Assembly: GCF_046119375.1 (NCBI RefSeq)
Contig: NW_027362764.1
Location: forward strand, 707,606,001-707,670,000
Direction: 5' to 3'
DNA from: Phyllobates terribilis
Taxonomy: Eukaryota
Length of the DNA stretch: 64,000 nt
The position numbers were made by a program, and so were the translations under genes. Under the pieces are notes generated by a model. That model was not told the origin of the DNA, ran no database searches, and worked only from the letters and a program-made list of their open reading frames with translations. This document shows, piece by piece, positions 46,011 through 59,480 of this stretch (within the stretch, counting starts at the first letter, position 1; each line of letters opens with the position of its first letter).

Positions 46011-49000
46011 TTCTGAAATAACCTTGGAGAATTAATTCCCCAAGTCGCGAAGCAGCAGCTGGACCTAAATCTTTACAGGAGTGGTGCCTGATCACAACAT
46101 CTCCATGTGAGCACAACTATCCGTGTCTCTATTATCTCCCATTGGGGCATCACCAGATTTGTGCGCTTTTTTGCTCCACCCCAGCACATCTTCATTAGCC
46201 ACCATGTCTGACTTCCATAGATAGTTAATGTTCTTTAACAAGGGAGGACAAGCAGAACCATGGAGATACACATCAATGATAATTTGCAAATTGGAGTGGG
46301 TTTGACCACTTGGACCTCCAGAGATAGTTCCATGGACAATGAATGCAGCAGTGACGTGAATCCGTGGTCACAATTTCATTCCGACTGGGAATTTCAGACC
46401 CGAGTGATAGGTCAGACAGGGTCCTAGCAGTTAGACCTCCAACCATCATCCACCATATATGTAATGAGTTGTAGTTTTGAATACAATTTACAATATAATG
46501 TACCAGAAAAAGGAAATATAATTCTAAGCAGGGTGAAATGGTGAAAAAAAATTCTGCCATTGTGTTTTGGGGTTTTGTTTTTACGGCCTGGTAATGTGTT
46601 TCTCAAGGTCAGTTTAATATTTTGGTTTGTGTTGCCATTTTCTAATACCCAGAACTTTTGTTTTTTTCATTTTCCATCGACGGAGCTTGTTTTTTGGGGG
46701 CTGAGCTGACATTTCTAGCAGTACCCTTTTAGGGCATAAATTACTTTTTGAGCACCTTTTATTCCAATTTTTTGAGCAGCTGAGGAGTGTTTTGATTTTT
46801 TCTTTATTGTATGTATAGTATAGGTTCAATAATTTTATATTTGGAAAAATTGGACTTTTACAAAAGCGGCAGTTACAAATATTCAATTTTTTTTTATTGG
46901 AACAAGGGGATGATTACAATTATCTTTTTATATTTTTTTTTTAACTTTTTGTTACTATTTTATTTACATCTTAGCCCAACCCCCTATGGGAATTAAACTT
47001 GCGTTTGATCACTTGCACTATATTCTGTATTTTCAATTTACAACATTATCCTTTACTTGACATTTGACTCTTAAATATCATATTTTATTGCCTTGTTTTT
47101 CTTTATAAGATTCTGGTTTGGGCTGAAATCCAGGCCACGGTCTGAAATTGTAAGACATTGCAAACACAATGGTGATGTCCAAATCTGTGAAAAGAATTAC
47201 CAGCAGATATTAATAAAAGCTGTTTCTTTCATTAGATTTGTCTTGATGTACACAAGGTTTTTCTATCAGTATCACTAGAGTCTGCGCCAACCTCCAGGTC
47301 CGTGGAAAGTAAATAATGGAAACTGTTGACTCTACTATTACTGAACCAATATAATTACTTCCTTTCTTAAAGGAAATTCACTAAATCCACTATCTAAATA
47401 TGTTTACCCAGAGCTTATACTCCAAAATAAAATTATGTTCACACAATGTGGTAAAAAAGTGAGTGATTTTAGGGTTTTCACATTGTAGAACGCAATATGC
47501 ACGCTGATTTAATTGTGGAAAATCTGTAGCGTACAAAACTATATGTATATTAGAAGAAAATAGCAAATTCCAGTTTTGCTGCATGCACAGTTTCAGAATC
47601 CAGCTGTACTTTGGCCTTGTTCACTCTAGCAGTGAAACATCCCTGTTATTAACATTCCCTTTTATTGCAAAACAGACAAAATGATCATGTAATTGGCGTT
47701 CCATTTTTCAGATACAAAGCTCCATATTCTTTGCTTACCTTCAAACAGCCATAGAATCAGATGATAATATTTTGGTTGCCTACAGCAATCACTAGGGGGA
47801 GCTCAGGAGATTCTGGCATACGTAGTTATTAAAAGCTCCTGACATAGATGCTAGGTGTGTAGATGAGACTTCATTAGCCCAATGGAGACTAAAAGAGTTC
47901 AGTTTTGGCCTCTGTCAGTCCAGTGTATGTTGATATATCGTCAAAAATAAAGTATGTATTAACGAATTAAACAACACTATTCCATACAGTATCCATACAT
48001 TACCCTATATAAAGCACTATTGGCTATTTTTAGAGAATAATGTAGAGGTTCTTGTCTATATCTTCTGTACACATGTTTTAGCTTATGTGTCATTTCTGGG
48101 TTGCCTTCATCTTGCTTTCTTCTTATATAGTTCCTTTAATGCAAAATGCATTTTCCGTGACATCTCTGCTTTTACAAAGGGATGAAGTTTCATGACATTG
48201 CACATGCTATGTTCTGAATTCTTTCTAAGGGCAGTATTAGTAGGTCAATTATAGAACAGCGGTCCCCTTAAACTGCAGAGTCTTAGTTTAATACAGCTTC
48301 AGACTGTGTCCCCTCTCTCCTGCTTGCAAACACTGACATGTGGAAACCTATCACAAGCAGGAGACAAGTAAAACAGGCTGAAGCTGCATTACATAGATTA
48401 CATTGGATATTCTGTACCCATCACTCATAGATAGTATAAACTGTGTGAGTTGTTCAATTTATAACTGAGCAGCTACTGTATAGAGAATAATGTATTTGCT
48501 CTCTTATATGAATCAAATATGATCATTTAAACAACATGGGATGAGAAACAAAGGAATAAAGAAAAAAATTTACCTCCTGTCTACACAGAAGTGGATGCAC
48601 TAGACTGGCAGTCAGTCTGTGATCACACTACACAGCTATCATTGAAAGGATTCATCACATATGGATGCCACTGTATTGGAGATGAAAGAATATTGCTGGT
48701 GGGCTAGCATTAAATGTACAAAAATTGGTTACTGTTGTGAGGCAGTGACCGGGATCGTATACGAGGGACATTATATATCCCCCAGAATGTGTACAGAGAC
48801 CTATTAAATCCATTGGAGTGCATTGCAGTCACAAACTCACCTGCGGCTGCAATGCAGGAATGAAGGTGAGCATTGACCTGGTCAGGCTATCAGGCTAAGG
48901 CAGATTAGTAAAACCTGGCAGGGCCTTCATTTCTTGGAGGAGGCTACAGGAAGGCAGTGGGGCAGCCTCCTCCCTCCAACCCGGGTTTTCCAGTGGCTCT

Positions 49001-49321
49001 TGCCACAGGTCCTTTAAAAACCCTGCATTAAGGAGTAGTGTTGTTCAGTATTGGGACCTGCTAGAAACATAGCAGGAAAGCTCGGTGGGCCTGTGTGTAG
49101 CTGAACCCACGCCTGGGGAGGCTCTGCACCCATCAGGCTCTGAGTGACCCGGCATGGCCGTTGCCCACAGCAACTGTTGTTTAAGGACTCATGTTAACCC
49201 GGCTGCGAACCGGAGGACTTTTCTGTTTACCCATGAGTTGCTGAATAAAGCTGTATATGTTGGACTTGCTTGGGTCACTGCCTCAGTTACTGCATGGTGT
49301 GAACATCGCCGCCTTACAGCT

Positions 49322-49339
49322 TGGTGGAGAATGAGGGCA
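49322..49339 (+). promoter_or_regulatory. Primer-binding site, tRNA-Ala-like
   Basis: TGGTGGAGAATGAGGGCA, one mismatch to the recalled tRNA-Ala 3' complement TGGTGGAGAATGCGGGCA. Confidence 0.7.
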
Positions 49340-49410
49340 TTGTGACTGAGGCATACCCCACCGGCAGCTGCATGACCACAATCGGGCCTGCCACCTTTCA
49401 GCCCAACCCC

Positions 49411-52400
49411 ATGGACAAAATGGAGGAGCTGTTAAGACAATTGGTCCTCACGCAGCAGCAGAAGCAGCTCTCACGCAGCGGCAGCAGCAGAAGCAGTTCA
49501 AGAAGCAGCAGCACACCAATGAGCTGATCGTGCAGCAGCTCACAGCCCTGCGGGAGACGCCGACGGCACCAGCCCCGGAATTTCGAGAAGCCCGGGACAA
49601 GGTTCGCTCAGCATTGAGGAAGATGGGACCGGAGGACAACGTGGAAGCCTTCCTGACCATTTATAAGCACACAGCAGAACAGGAAAACCTACCAGCCGGC
49701 CAGTGGGCAGAAGTGGTGGCTCCGTTTCTGGTCGGCGATGCCCAAAAGGCCTACTTCGACCTCAGTCGGGAGGACGCCCAGGAATACCAGAGGCTCAAAG
49801 GTGAGATCCTTGTCCGACTGTGGGTCAATACATACGTGAGGGCTCAGCGTGTATTTTCATGGGCCTATGTGGAGACCCGAGCTGCCCGATCTCAGGCTTA
49901 TGACCTTTCGCAGCTAGTAAAGAGGTGGCTCCAGCCTGAGTCTTCAACTCCAGCCCAGATGGTGGAGAGGGTGGTGGTCGACCGGCTGGTGAGGCCTCTG
50001 CTGGCAGATATCCAACGTTGGGTGGGGCAAGGGGACCCCGGCACCCTCGACCAGGTGGTCAGCCTGATCAAGAACTACTTGGCCACTCAGGACTTTATCC
50101 GAGACTCTTCCCCCTCGCGGCTGTCACGCCGATCCCTGCCAACCCAGGAAATGGGAAAGGGGTGGCGTCCCTCTGCTGAGGACAGTCAGCACCGTACCCG
50201 TGCTGAAGGGGTACCCCGGAGTGAGAGTGGCAGGAGAAAGGTTCCTTCCCAAACAGTTATAAGACCTAACAGTACCTCCACCATTAGGTGCTGGCGGTGT
50301 CAGGGGCCGGGACATGTGGTTGCTAACTGCCCCCTGACTACGGAAAGCATGGACTGCGGGTATAACCGCCGGGTCTCAATGTACGCCCAGACCGTCTGCA
50401 CTGCGAGTGCCGACCCCTCGGACAGCGAACCCTAACTGTGCCAGGTACTGGTTAATGGGTACCCCACGGAGGCCCTCCTAGACTCGGGGAGCCTAGTGAC
50501 TTTGGTACATGGGTCGCTGGTGGCAGGAAACAACCCCAGTGGACGGACAGTCGGGGTTGTGTGTATCCATGGGGTCCTCCGAGAGTACTCAACCGAGGAG
50601 GTAGTTTTGTCCACGCCATGTGGAGACATAAAACATGTGGTGGGGGTGGTAAAAACTCTTCCCTATGGGACTGTGTTGGGAAGAGACTTGCCCCTGTTCT
50701 GGACTCTGTGAGAAAACAAAATCCACTCTCCCCTGGTAAAATTTGTTACAGGCGCTGTACCCGACGAACCCGAGTCAGGGGTACCTGCCGTAGTGGTGTC
50801 CAACCTAGGGACAGAGTGTGACCCCGATAGGTCTCCCATAGAGATGCTGGCAGGAGAGGTCGAGGAGACCCCATCGATCCACGAGCTGGAAGTGTCCCGG
50901 GGCACGTTTGGGACAGCTCAGCTACAGGATCCCACTCTGACTTGGCCGTGGGAAAGGGTGTTAGAGGTAAATGGCGTAGCTCAACAGCCCGGTGCAGATA
51001 CTGTATTTCCACGCATGGTAGTCAATGGTGAGTTGCTCTATAGGGTAGACAAAATCAGGGACGAGGTCGTGGAACAGTTAGTGGTACCGTCGGGTGGTTC
51101 TGGAGTTGGCACACACACACCTGCTGGGTGGACACTTAGGGGTTAAAAAGACGCAAGTGCGTATCTTGCTGCGGTTCTTTTGGCCAGGGATTTACGTGGA
51201 GGTCCAAAAATACTACGAATCCAGCCCTGAATGTCAGTTGACCACACCCACCGCAAGTTTCCTTAGCCCATTGGTACCCCTGCCAGTGATAGAGGTACCT
51301 TTTGAACGGATTGCAATGGACTTGGTAGGGCCCATTTTAAAATGCGCTCGTGGCCACCAACATATACTGGTGGTCGTCGACTATGCCACCCGGTACCCAG
51401 AGGCTATACCGCTACGCCACACCTCGGCGAAACTGATTGCACGGGAGCTGTTTGCCATGTTCTGTCACCTTGGACTACCTAAGAAGATCCTGACGAATCA
51501 AGGGACGTCTTTTATGTCCAAGGTGACAAGGGAATTGTGCAAACTGCTAAAAATTAAACAATTGCGCACCTTGGTGTACCCCCTCAAACCGACAGACTAG
51601 TGGAACGGTTCAATAAATCCCTCAAGTCCATGTTAAAAAAGGTGGTTTCTAAGGACGGAAGGGATTGGGGCATGTTGCTACCCTATTTGATGCTCGCCAT
51701 CCGTGAGGTACCCCAAGCTTCCACAGGGTTCTCTCCCTTTGAGTTATTGTACGGCAGACACCCTAGGGGTCTGTTGGACGTAGCCAAAGAGACATGGGAA
51801 CAAGAGTCGACTCCACATAGGAGTATAATTGAACACGTAGCTAGTATGCAGGACCGGATTGTGGCGGTCATGCCCATCATAAAAGAACATCTGCTGGATG
51901 CCCAGGCAGCACAGAGGCGCACATATAATAAAAGAGCCACGGTCAGGTCTTTTAACAGGGGTGATCTGGTGTTAGCACTGGTACCCACAGCCGAGAGTAA
52001 GCTCATGGCCAAGTGGCAAGGGCCATATGAGGTTCGAGAAAAGGTGGGGGAGGTAAATTACCTGGTGTATCAGCCCGGAAGGAGGAAACCTGAGCAGCTT
52101 TATCATGTAAATCTGCTAAAACCTTGGAAAGATCGAGAGTGTTTAGTTACAGACGTCACTCTGGGCATATCGCCAGAGAGTTCTCTACCTTCAGCCAGGG
52201 ATGCGTCCGGGGGAGAGGTCAGGATAAGTGATGATCTCACTAAACAGCAGCGACGGGAGGCTCGCTCGCTGGTGCAGCAGAATACCGACGTGTTCTCAGA
52301 GCTACCGGGTAGGACTACAGTTCTCCAACATGACATTGTCACCGAACCTGGGGTAAGGGTGCGAATGAGACCGTACCGGGTACCTGAAGCCCGGAGGCAA

Positions 52401-53600
52401 GCCATCACGGCTGAGGTAAAACAAATGCTCCAGTTAGGCGTCATAGAGGAATCACAGAGTGAGTGGGCTAGCCCCATCGTACTGATTCCAAAACCAGACG
52501 GATCGTTACGCTTCTGTAACGATTTCCGGAAATTAAATGAAGTGTCGAAGTTTGACCTTTATCCAATGCCCAGGGTGGATGAGCTGATTGAGAGACTGGG
52601 GCAGGCCCAGTACTTTACCACGCTCGATCTCACCAAGGGTTACTGACAGATACTTCTCACGAAATCGGCGAAGGAAAAGACTGCCTTCATAACTCCGGAG
52701 GGTCTATATCACTATGTGGTCTTACCTTTTGGGTTACATGGGGCCCCGGCTACATTCCAGAGGTTGATGGACATAGTGCTCAAGCCTCATTAGGAGTACG
52801 CGTATCTAGATGATATTATGATCTATAGCACTGACTGGCATACGCATCTATCCCAAGTACAAGTGGTGCTGGATTCTCTCAGAGCCGTGGGGTTAACGGC
52901 AAACCCAAAAAAATGTGCGATAGGGCTAGAGGAAGCCCGATATTTGGGGTATGTGATTGGCCAAGGAGTTATCAAGCCCCAAATCAATAAAGTTGAGGCA
53001 ATAAAAAACTGGCCTAAACCGTCAAGTACAAAGCAGGTGAAGGCGTTCCTTGGCATCCTTGGGCATTACCGCTGGTTTATACCTAATTTTGCTGGGAGAA
53101 CAGTGGCCCTGACCGATCTCTTCAAAGGAAAAAAATCGGTAATGGTTCAGTGGAACCCTCAGGAAGAAGAAGCTTTTCAGTCTATGAAGTTGGCCCTGTG
53201 TGGACTGCCGGTCCTCATCAGTCCCAACTTCAAGGAAACCTTCATTGTACAGACAGATGCCTCGGAGGTAGGCCCAGGAGCGGTATTGTCACAAAAAGTG
53301 AATGGTGAAGAGCACCCGGTCACCTACTTGAGTAGAAAACTTGTCCCGGCAGAGAAAAACTATAGCGTGGTAGAGAAAGAGTGTTTGGCTATTAAGTGGG
53401 CCTTGGAATCACTACGTTATTATTTACTCAGGTGTCAGTTCCGCTTGGTGACGACCACTCACCCTTGGTATGGATGAGGAATGCGCGAGTCACCAGGTGG
53501 TTCCTGTCAATGCAAAATTTCAGTTTCTCAGTAGAACATCGCCCTGGGAAGTCGCAGGCAAACGTGGATGCCCTGTCCCGGGCACCCTGTATGGTGTCAA
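49411..53600 (+). pseudogene. gag-pol: Gmr1-type gag-pol with stops and frameshifts
   Basis: SCAN-like capsid, CWRCQGPGHVVANC, LLDSGS protease, integrase (DYATRYPEA, ERFN) at about 51094-52150, then RT (FCNDFRKLN, YLDDI) and RNase H (QTDASE). Confidence 0.88.
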
Positions 53601-54512
53601 ATGTTCAACCCCACAAATTTGAACGGGGGGAATATGTGAGGCAGTGACCGGGATCGTATACAAGGGACGTTATATATCCCCCAGAATGTGTACAGAGACC
53701 TATTAAATCCATTGGAGTGCATTGCAGTCACAAACTCACCTGCGGCTGCAATGCAGGATTGAAGGTGAGCATTGACCTGGTCAGGCTATCTGGCTAAGGC
53801 AGATTAGTAAAACCCGGCAGGACCTTCATTTCTTGGAGGAGGCTACAGGAAGGCAGTGGGGCGGCCTCTTCCCTACAACCCGGGTTTTCCAGTGGCTCTT
53901 GCCACAGGTCCTTTAAAAACCCTGCATTAAGGAGTAGTGTTGTTCAGTATTGGGACCTGCAAGAAAAAAAAACAGGAAAGCTCGGCAGGCCTGTGTGCAG
54001 CTGAACCCACGCCTGGGAAGCCTCTGCACCAGTCAGGCTCTGAGGGCCTGAGGTGGCCGTTGCCCACGGCAAGCGTTGTTTAAGGATTCATGTTAACCCG
54101 GTTGCGAACCGGAGGACTTTTCTGTTTACCTGTGAGTTGCTGAATAAAGCTGTTTATGTTGGACTTGCTTGGGTCACTGCCTCAGTTACTGCACGGTGTG
54201 AACACCGCCACCTTAGACTGTGTCATTTTAAAAATGAGATATCTCATGGGCAGAAAAACTATTTCTACATTTTTACATCCATAATAAATCAATAGGCCAT
54301 GTGAGGCCAGAGTGCATTGGAAGCACCAACCAGATGAATGCTTGTTGGCCTCCACTACCTTTGTAGCATGTTTTAGAAACTTTACACTACGCTTGAATCT
54401 CAGATGTACTGCTCCTGTACGCTTATATTTTTATTTTTTGACATCTCAAAAAGAGATGTACCGTAATTGCAGAAAGCGCAACTCAATTTTCGTTAGCAAC
54501 GAAAGTTTTGTA

Positions 54513-54979
54513 TTAAAGAAGCACTCCTCCTCCCATCAAAGTTTTTATCCTCTTAACATATTGCAGTCATCATATTATATAGCATTGTGTACTTACAATT
54601 GCTCATTTTGCCTTTCTACCCAGATAATTCTTCTGTTTTCCATTAGGTCTATGACATCACGTGATTAAAAACTGACGAGCTGAATCCTTCTAAGCTCTAT
54701 GAAGAAACAGGAGGTCAATTTTCTCAGCACAAGTCATCAGTCACTGTAAAAGTCTATGACAGGGGGGAAGAGCGGAACTGCAGGGTCAGGAGTTGAAGAC
54801 AGGAATGAGTCACGCAGGAACAAGAGACTCCCTGTTTCTACATAGAGCAGAGAAAAGAGTATAATTAGTTCGGAAGAAAGGCAGAATGAGCAATTGTAAG
54901 TACACAGTGCTATATAATATGATGATTGCAATATATTAAGAGGATAAAAACGTTGATGGGAGGAGGAGTGCTTCTTTAA
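54513..54979. mobile_element. TTAA-ended MITE with long TIRs
   Basis: TTAAAGAAGCACTCC ... GGAGTGCTTCTTTAA; about 110-bp inverted arms. Confidence 0.85.
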
Positions 54980-56381
54980 CAAGGCCATACACATTAGTTG
55001 TCTGTCAGCCAAACGATAGTTCGGCCAGCTGTCATTTCGGCTGTCTTTACCATACACAGGAGCGCTCTTTCTGTTGGGTGCTCCTGTGGCCTCTATGAGA
55101 GCAGCTGGCAGACATCTCTGAAGGCGGCTTATGTCAGGTAGAAAAAAAGGATTGGCCAACCAAAATTGGTTATACCGAATCCTTAACTCCCCCAACAATA
55201 AATTATCCGGGGTCCCCATACACATTAGACTGTAGGCCGAGCCCGTCGCTATCGGCAAGTTCGGCCAACATTAGTCTAATGCGTTTGGGGGACTTTAGTT
55301 AAATTTCCTAGAGGTATTACTGGACGGTAAATCGAACTCACTGGTGGATTCTTGTGATGAAAAAAATGATTTCTTGAGGTTCTAACAATAAAGTCACTTC
55401 CCTCCCACGCCTGCAATAATTCATTCATCATTAGGTGATCAATCACATGGGAAACTAGAAAATCCCTTTAAGTTATAGAAGTCCTAAGCAAACTAAAGTT
55501 ATTGAAAAACAGCTATCCTGCTTGCTGATGGTATCCTAAAGACAAACACATCCAAAGTAAAAGTGAGCTACAATATGTAAAAATAATAAAAATGATTATG
55601 AAGATGCTATTCAGCAGCTGAATTTTTCTTTGGTGTTGCTTCCCAGAAGAATTTCTGTACTGCATCACCGACTAACCTGTAGGGAAAAAAGACATGAAAA
55701 GAGCAGAAGTCACTGGATTTTTTATGTGTACTCCTTTGTGCTCAAACCTCAGAGCCTGCAGTAAATCATTTACTCTGGGCAGAGAGGAGTGTAAATATAC
55801 TGTAATTTGATTTACAGGTATAGGTCTGAGTGGGTACTCCTTATTCCTCGGGATGTGTACCGCTGTAAAGCTCCATTTATCTTCTGTGGTGTTTTTTCTA
55901 TTGGACTTTTTAATTGAATTTGGAACACAAATACTACAGTGTGATACAAAACTAAACTGAACTGGGTTTTCTGAGGTGAAGCTAACTAAAATCAAGACAA
56001 AAAGAAGAAAACATGCGAGTCTGAAATTACCCTGCAGGCAAAAATAACCTATTTGAAATTATAGAAAATTCTCATTTGGTCTCAAAAAGTGGAAAACCAA
56101 ATGCATTAATATTTACATAAACAAAAGTACAATTGCAAAAAAAAATAGAGTAAATGCATATATAATAATGGCCCCACACACATTAGATAGTTGTTGACTT
56201 CCCAACTCCTCCATAAACAGGAACGCTATACTGACCCGAACCCTTCTCTGTTCTCTATGAGAGAGCCGCCACCAATCCTCTGGCAGTGGCTTATCTCCCT
56301 GCCAACGAAGAATGATCAGCTCACCCATTCATGTAGAAGATAGGCTTCCTCGCACGGAAACTGGCAGTGCCACAGGAAAAG

Positions 56382-56703
56382 TATTCAAAAGACAAGGACT
56401 ATCCAGCGTGGAAAAAATATCCATAAAAATGGAAAATTTATTAATGAAAAGTATTAAAACATTTTTTTTCAGAGACAGAAGATGACATCAAATCAGAAGA
56501 GAGTACTTAAGCAGACGCGTTTCGGAATGAAACTTCCTTATTCATTGCTATCCATAAACATGTGTTTGTCGGTGTTTTTATGTCATATCCTGACTATGCA
56601 CTTGGTTGTCTCTGAAAAAAAAATGTTTTAATACTTTTCATTAATAAATTTTCTATTTTTATGGAGATTTTTTCCATGCTGGATAATCCTTGCCTTTTGA
56701 ATA
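56382..56703. repeat. Foldback element with about 96-bp arms and a decayed hammerhead-like motif in the spacer
   Basis: Arms 56382-56477 and 56607-56703; minus-strand 56511-56548 GCA-ATGAATA-a-GGAA(GTTTCA)TTCC-GAAACGCGTC-TGC. Confidence 0.7.
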
Positions 56704-57587
56704 AGGATCCAACGTACCGAATCCTTCTTTCCACAGGTATCATCTGTTGGAAGAGAGCCCCCCATATGTATTAGATTTTGGCTGATCCTGGCAAAATTGG
56801 ACAGTACGTTTGACTTTGGTCTTAATATGTATGGGGGGCTTTATGGGTGAGACCACACCTGGCAGCTTGCCGCATGCGGACGGAACTCAACCCACCATGA
56901 TAGCCAGTTGCCACACATTTTAATTCACAATCGCGCAGATATTGGCCTATTGGGTGGGTGGAGCTTCTGCCTTATAGCCAGTCAATTGGTTCAATAGTCC
57001 CACCCCTTCCTTTCCTGCTAAGTCACTCACACTTTTAAGAAAAGCATTAGAGCTGGCGCAAAAAGGCAGAAAGTTGTAAAGTTTTGGCACAAATGAGGTT
57101 TGAACAAAAATTTTAGATTGTTTAAATACTGAATGAATTACCTCTTAATTAGTTTCTGCAGCCTGATAGCTATAAGAGTCAGATATGTTAGTCAAGTAAT
57201 ACACCCACAACAAATCATTGGCTACAACAGTGATTCGTGCCTCAACCAGTGATTAACTGAGTGGGCATTTCCTGTGTAAAAAGTTTCGACCAGGAATTAG
57301 AAACCAGTAGGGATAGGATAAGCAATGCAATGGAAGCTGCACGGGATCAGAGAAGGTGATTATTACAGTTTTCATATTTTTCCAACTAGTCTAAGTCCAT
57401 TGAAAAAGCATTTTTTCTCCTGGCCAACCATTTTATAGATTATACTTCTTTTCGCTCCTACTTAACGATGCATTGCCTATAGGCATGACATGTCATGTAA
57501 TGGAGCCCACCAATCACGACGTGACACCTCAGCATACAACTATGTGAGCAAATATAATATGAACCTAAACAGTGTCTTCCAAATAGC

Positions 57588-58185
57588 TGTGAAGATTTCC
57601 CTTGTTCTGGTGTTGCAAGGGTTAAGCTGTGCAAATTTCCCTTGTTAGATTGTTGCAAGGGTAAACCAGTTCTGTTTGTCTCCCAGAGCTCTCCATCCTG
57701 AGTTATCTCAGCTGTTCTGAGTTTGCCACTCCCATCTGGTATAAATGCTCACCTCCTAGCTTGAGTAGTTGCCAGTGCTAGCTTACTATTACCTGGTTTG
57801 GAGCTGGAAGTTTGAGCTTGGTGATGAGAGATCGTCTAGGCGTCGTCTCTGGAGATATCTGTTTGGAAGTTTGTTTGAGTGTCTTTTCCTTACCTTATCT
57901 CCTATTTGGTTTGACTCACCTAATCCTTCCCCTTTTCCCTTTCTATAGGACATTGAGTGATGGCTGTTTCTTTTAGCCTTGTGTGTTTCCCTTTGTGTCT
58001 TTAAGTTAGAGCAGGACTAGCGTTTCTGCTAGCTTACGCACTAGCCAGGGTCGTTCTCAGCGTAAGTCAGGGATAGGAACTTGATCACCGCACGGGGTGA
58101 AAGAACCCATCTAGGGACACTAGGAAGCTTAGGGTCATGCAGGGCAAGTGTCACGGTGCCCCCCTTTAATCTTCCCCTAGTGGCA
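57588..58185 (+). mobile_element. Probable degraded solo LTR
   Basis: TG start, TATAAA at about 57741, T-rich tract; TSD not found, ends approximate. Confidence 0.4.
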
Positions 58186-58229
58186 GAGAGAAGCCCTTTC
58201 CTTCTGTCTCGCTGAGCGCCATCTTACTT

Positions 58230-59480
58230 CTGATAGAAGCATGACGTAACGGCTGACAGTCTGGCCACTTATTTCAAAGAAAAAATTCACCATATTCAAC
58301 AGGAAATTTTCTTCCAATCCCCAAATAGTAAAGATCCTCTTCTCTTCCACACTAGCCATCAAGTTCACTTTTCGTCTTTGAACCGGTTACAGAAGAAGTT
58401 ACCAGGATCCTTGCTTCTTTTTGCTCTACTACCTGTACCACTGAGCCCATTTCTTATTACCTCCTCCAGTCCATTTCCCCAGCTGTCACTACCCACCTAA
58501 CTAAAATATTTAACCTTTCTTTTTCATCCAGTATCTTTCCCTCCTCCTTGAAACACGCCATCATAAACCCTTCGCTAAAAAAAGACATGATTCAACTAGA
58601 ACTGCTAACGACAGACTTGTCTCTAACCTCCCCTTCATCTATAAACTCCTCGAACACTTGGTCCATTCTTGTCTAATCTGATATCCTACAGATATTTCTC
58701 TTCTGGACTCTACATTACGGTTTCAGCTCTTTACACTCCAGAGAAACTGTCCTTACAAAAGTCTCTAACAATCTATTAACAACTAAATCTAATGGTCACT
58801 GCTCCCTGCTGATTCTCCTGGATCTCTGCTGTATTTGACACTGGATCACCAGCTCCTTCTCACTATGCTCCACACTATCATTCTCAAGGATACTGCTCTC
58901 TCTTGGTTCTCCTTTCTCACTGACCTCTCCTTCACTGTATCATTTGCCAGCTCTTCTTTCACTCTTCTTCTCCTTACTATTGGGTTCCTCAGGGTCCAGT
59001 CCTAGGTCCCCTTCTCTTCTCTCGATACAATTGGACAAACTAGCAGAAAATTTGGTTTCCAGTACCATCTGTATGCTGATGAAACACAATTGTACACTTG
59101 TTTTCCTGACATCACCCCCACCTTACTACAAAATACCAGTGATTGCCTGTTCATTTTCTCAAACATCATGTTCTTCTTCTGTCATTGCCATTTCCGTGGG
59201 TGGTTCCACCATTACTTCCAAGCAGTACCCTCACTGTCTTGGGGTTATATTTTACTCAGTTCTTTCCTTTATTCCCTATACCTAATCACTTGCACCTCAA
59301 AAACATCTTCAAAATCTGACCTTTCCTTAACATTGACAGTGCAAAAAAAACATTTACTGTTGCTTTGATTAATTTAAGTCCAAACTAATGCAACTCTCTA
59401 TCAATCACAGGACAATAAGCTTTCACACTCCTTATCTATGAACTGTTTCAATATTTAAGCCACAACTGTTTCTCCCTCTG
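58230..59480 (+). mobile_element. Degenerate L2 LINE RT region
   Basis: Broken frames LTKIFNLSFSSSIFPSSLKHAII, VSNLPFIYKLLE, GVPQG-like and YADETQL motifs. Confidence 0.7.

Larger units (their letters stand above)
48736..54217 (+). mobile_element. Gmr1-clade Gypsy element, full length but defective
   Basis: 583-bp LTRs 48736-49318 and 53635-54217 with multiple differences; 4-bp TSD CTGT; PPT GGGGGGAA; order gag-PR-IN-RT-RNase H. Confidence 0.92.

Noticed and set aside
55607-55676. Possible minus-strand terminal exon (LVGDAVQKFFWEATPKKNSAAE*) after a good acceptor
   Set aside because: Protein not recognised and upstream exons not established; needs RNA-seq or tBLASTn
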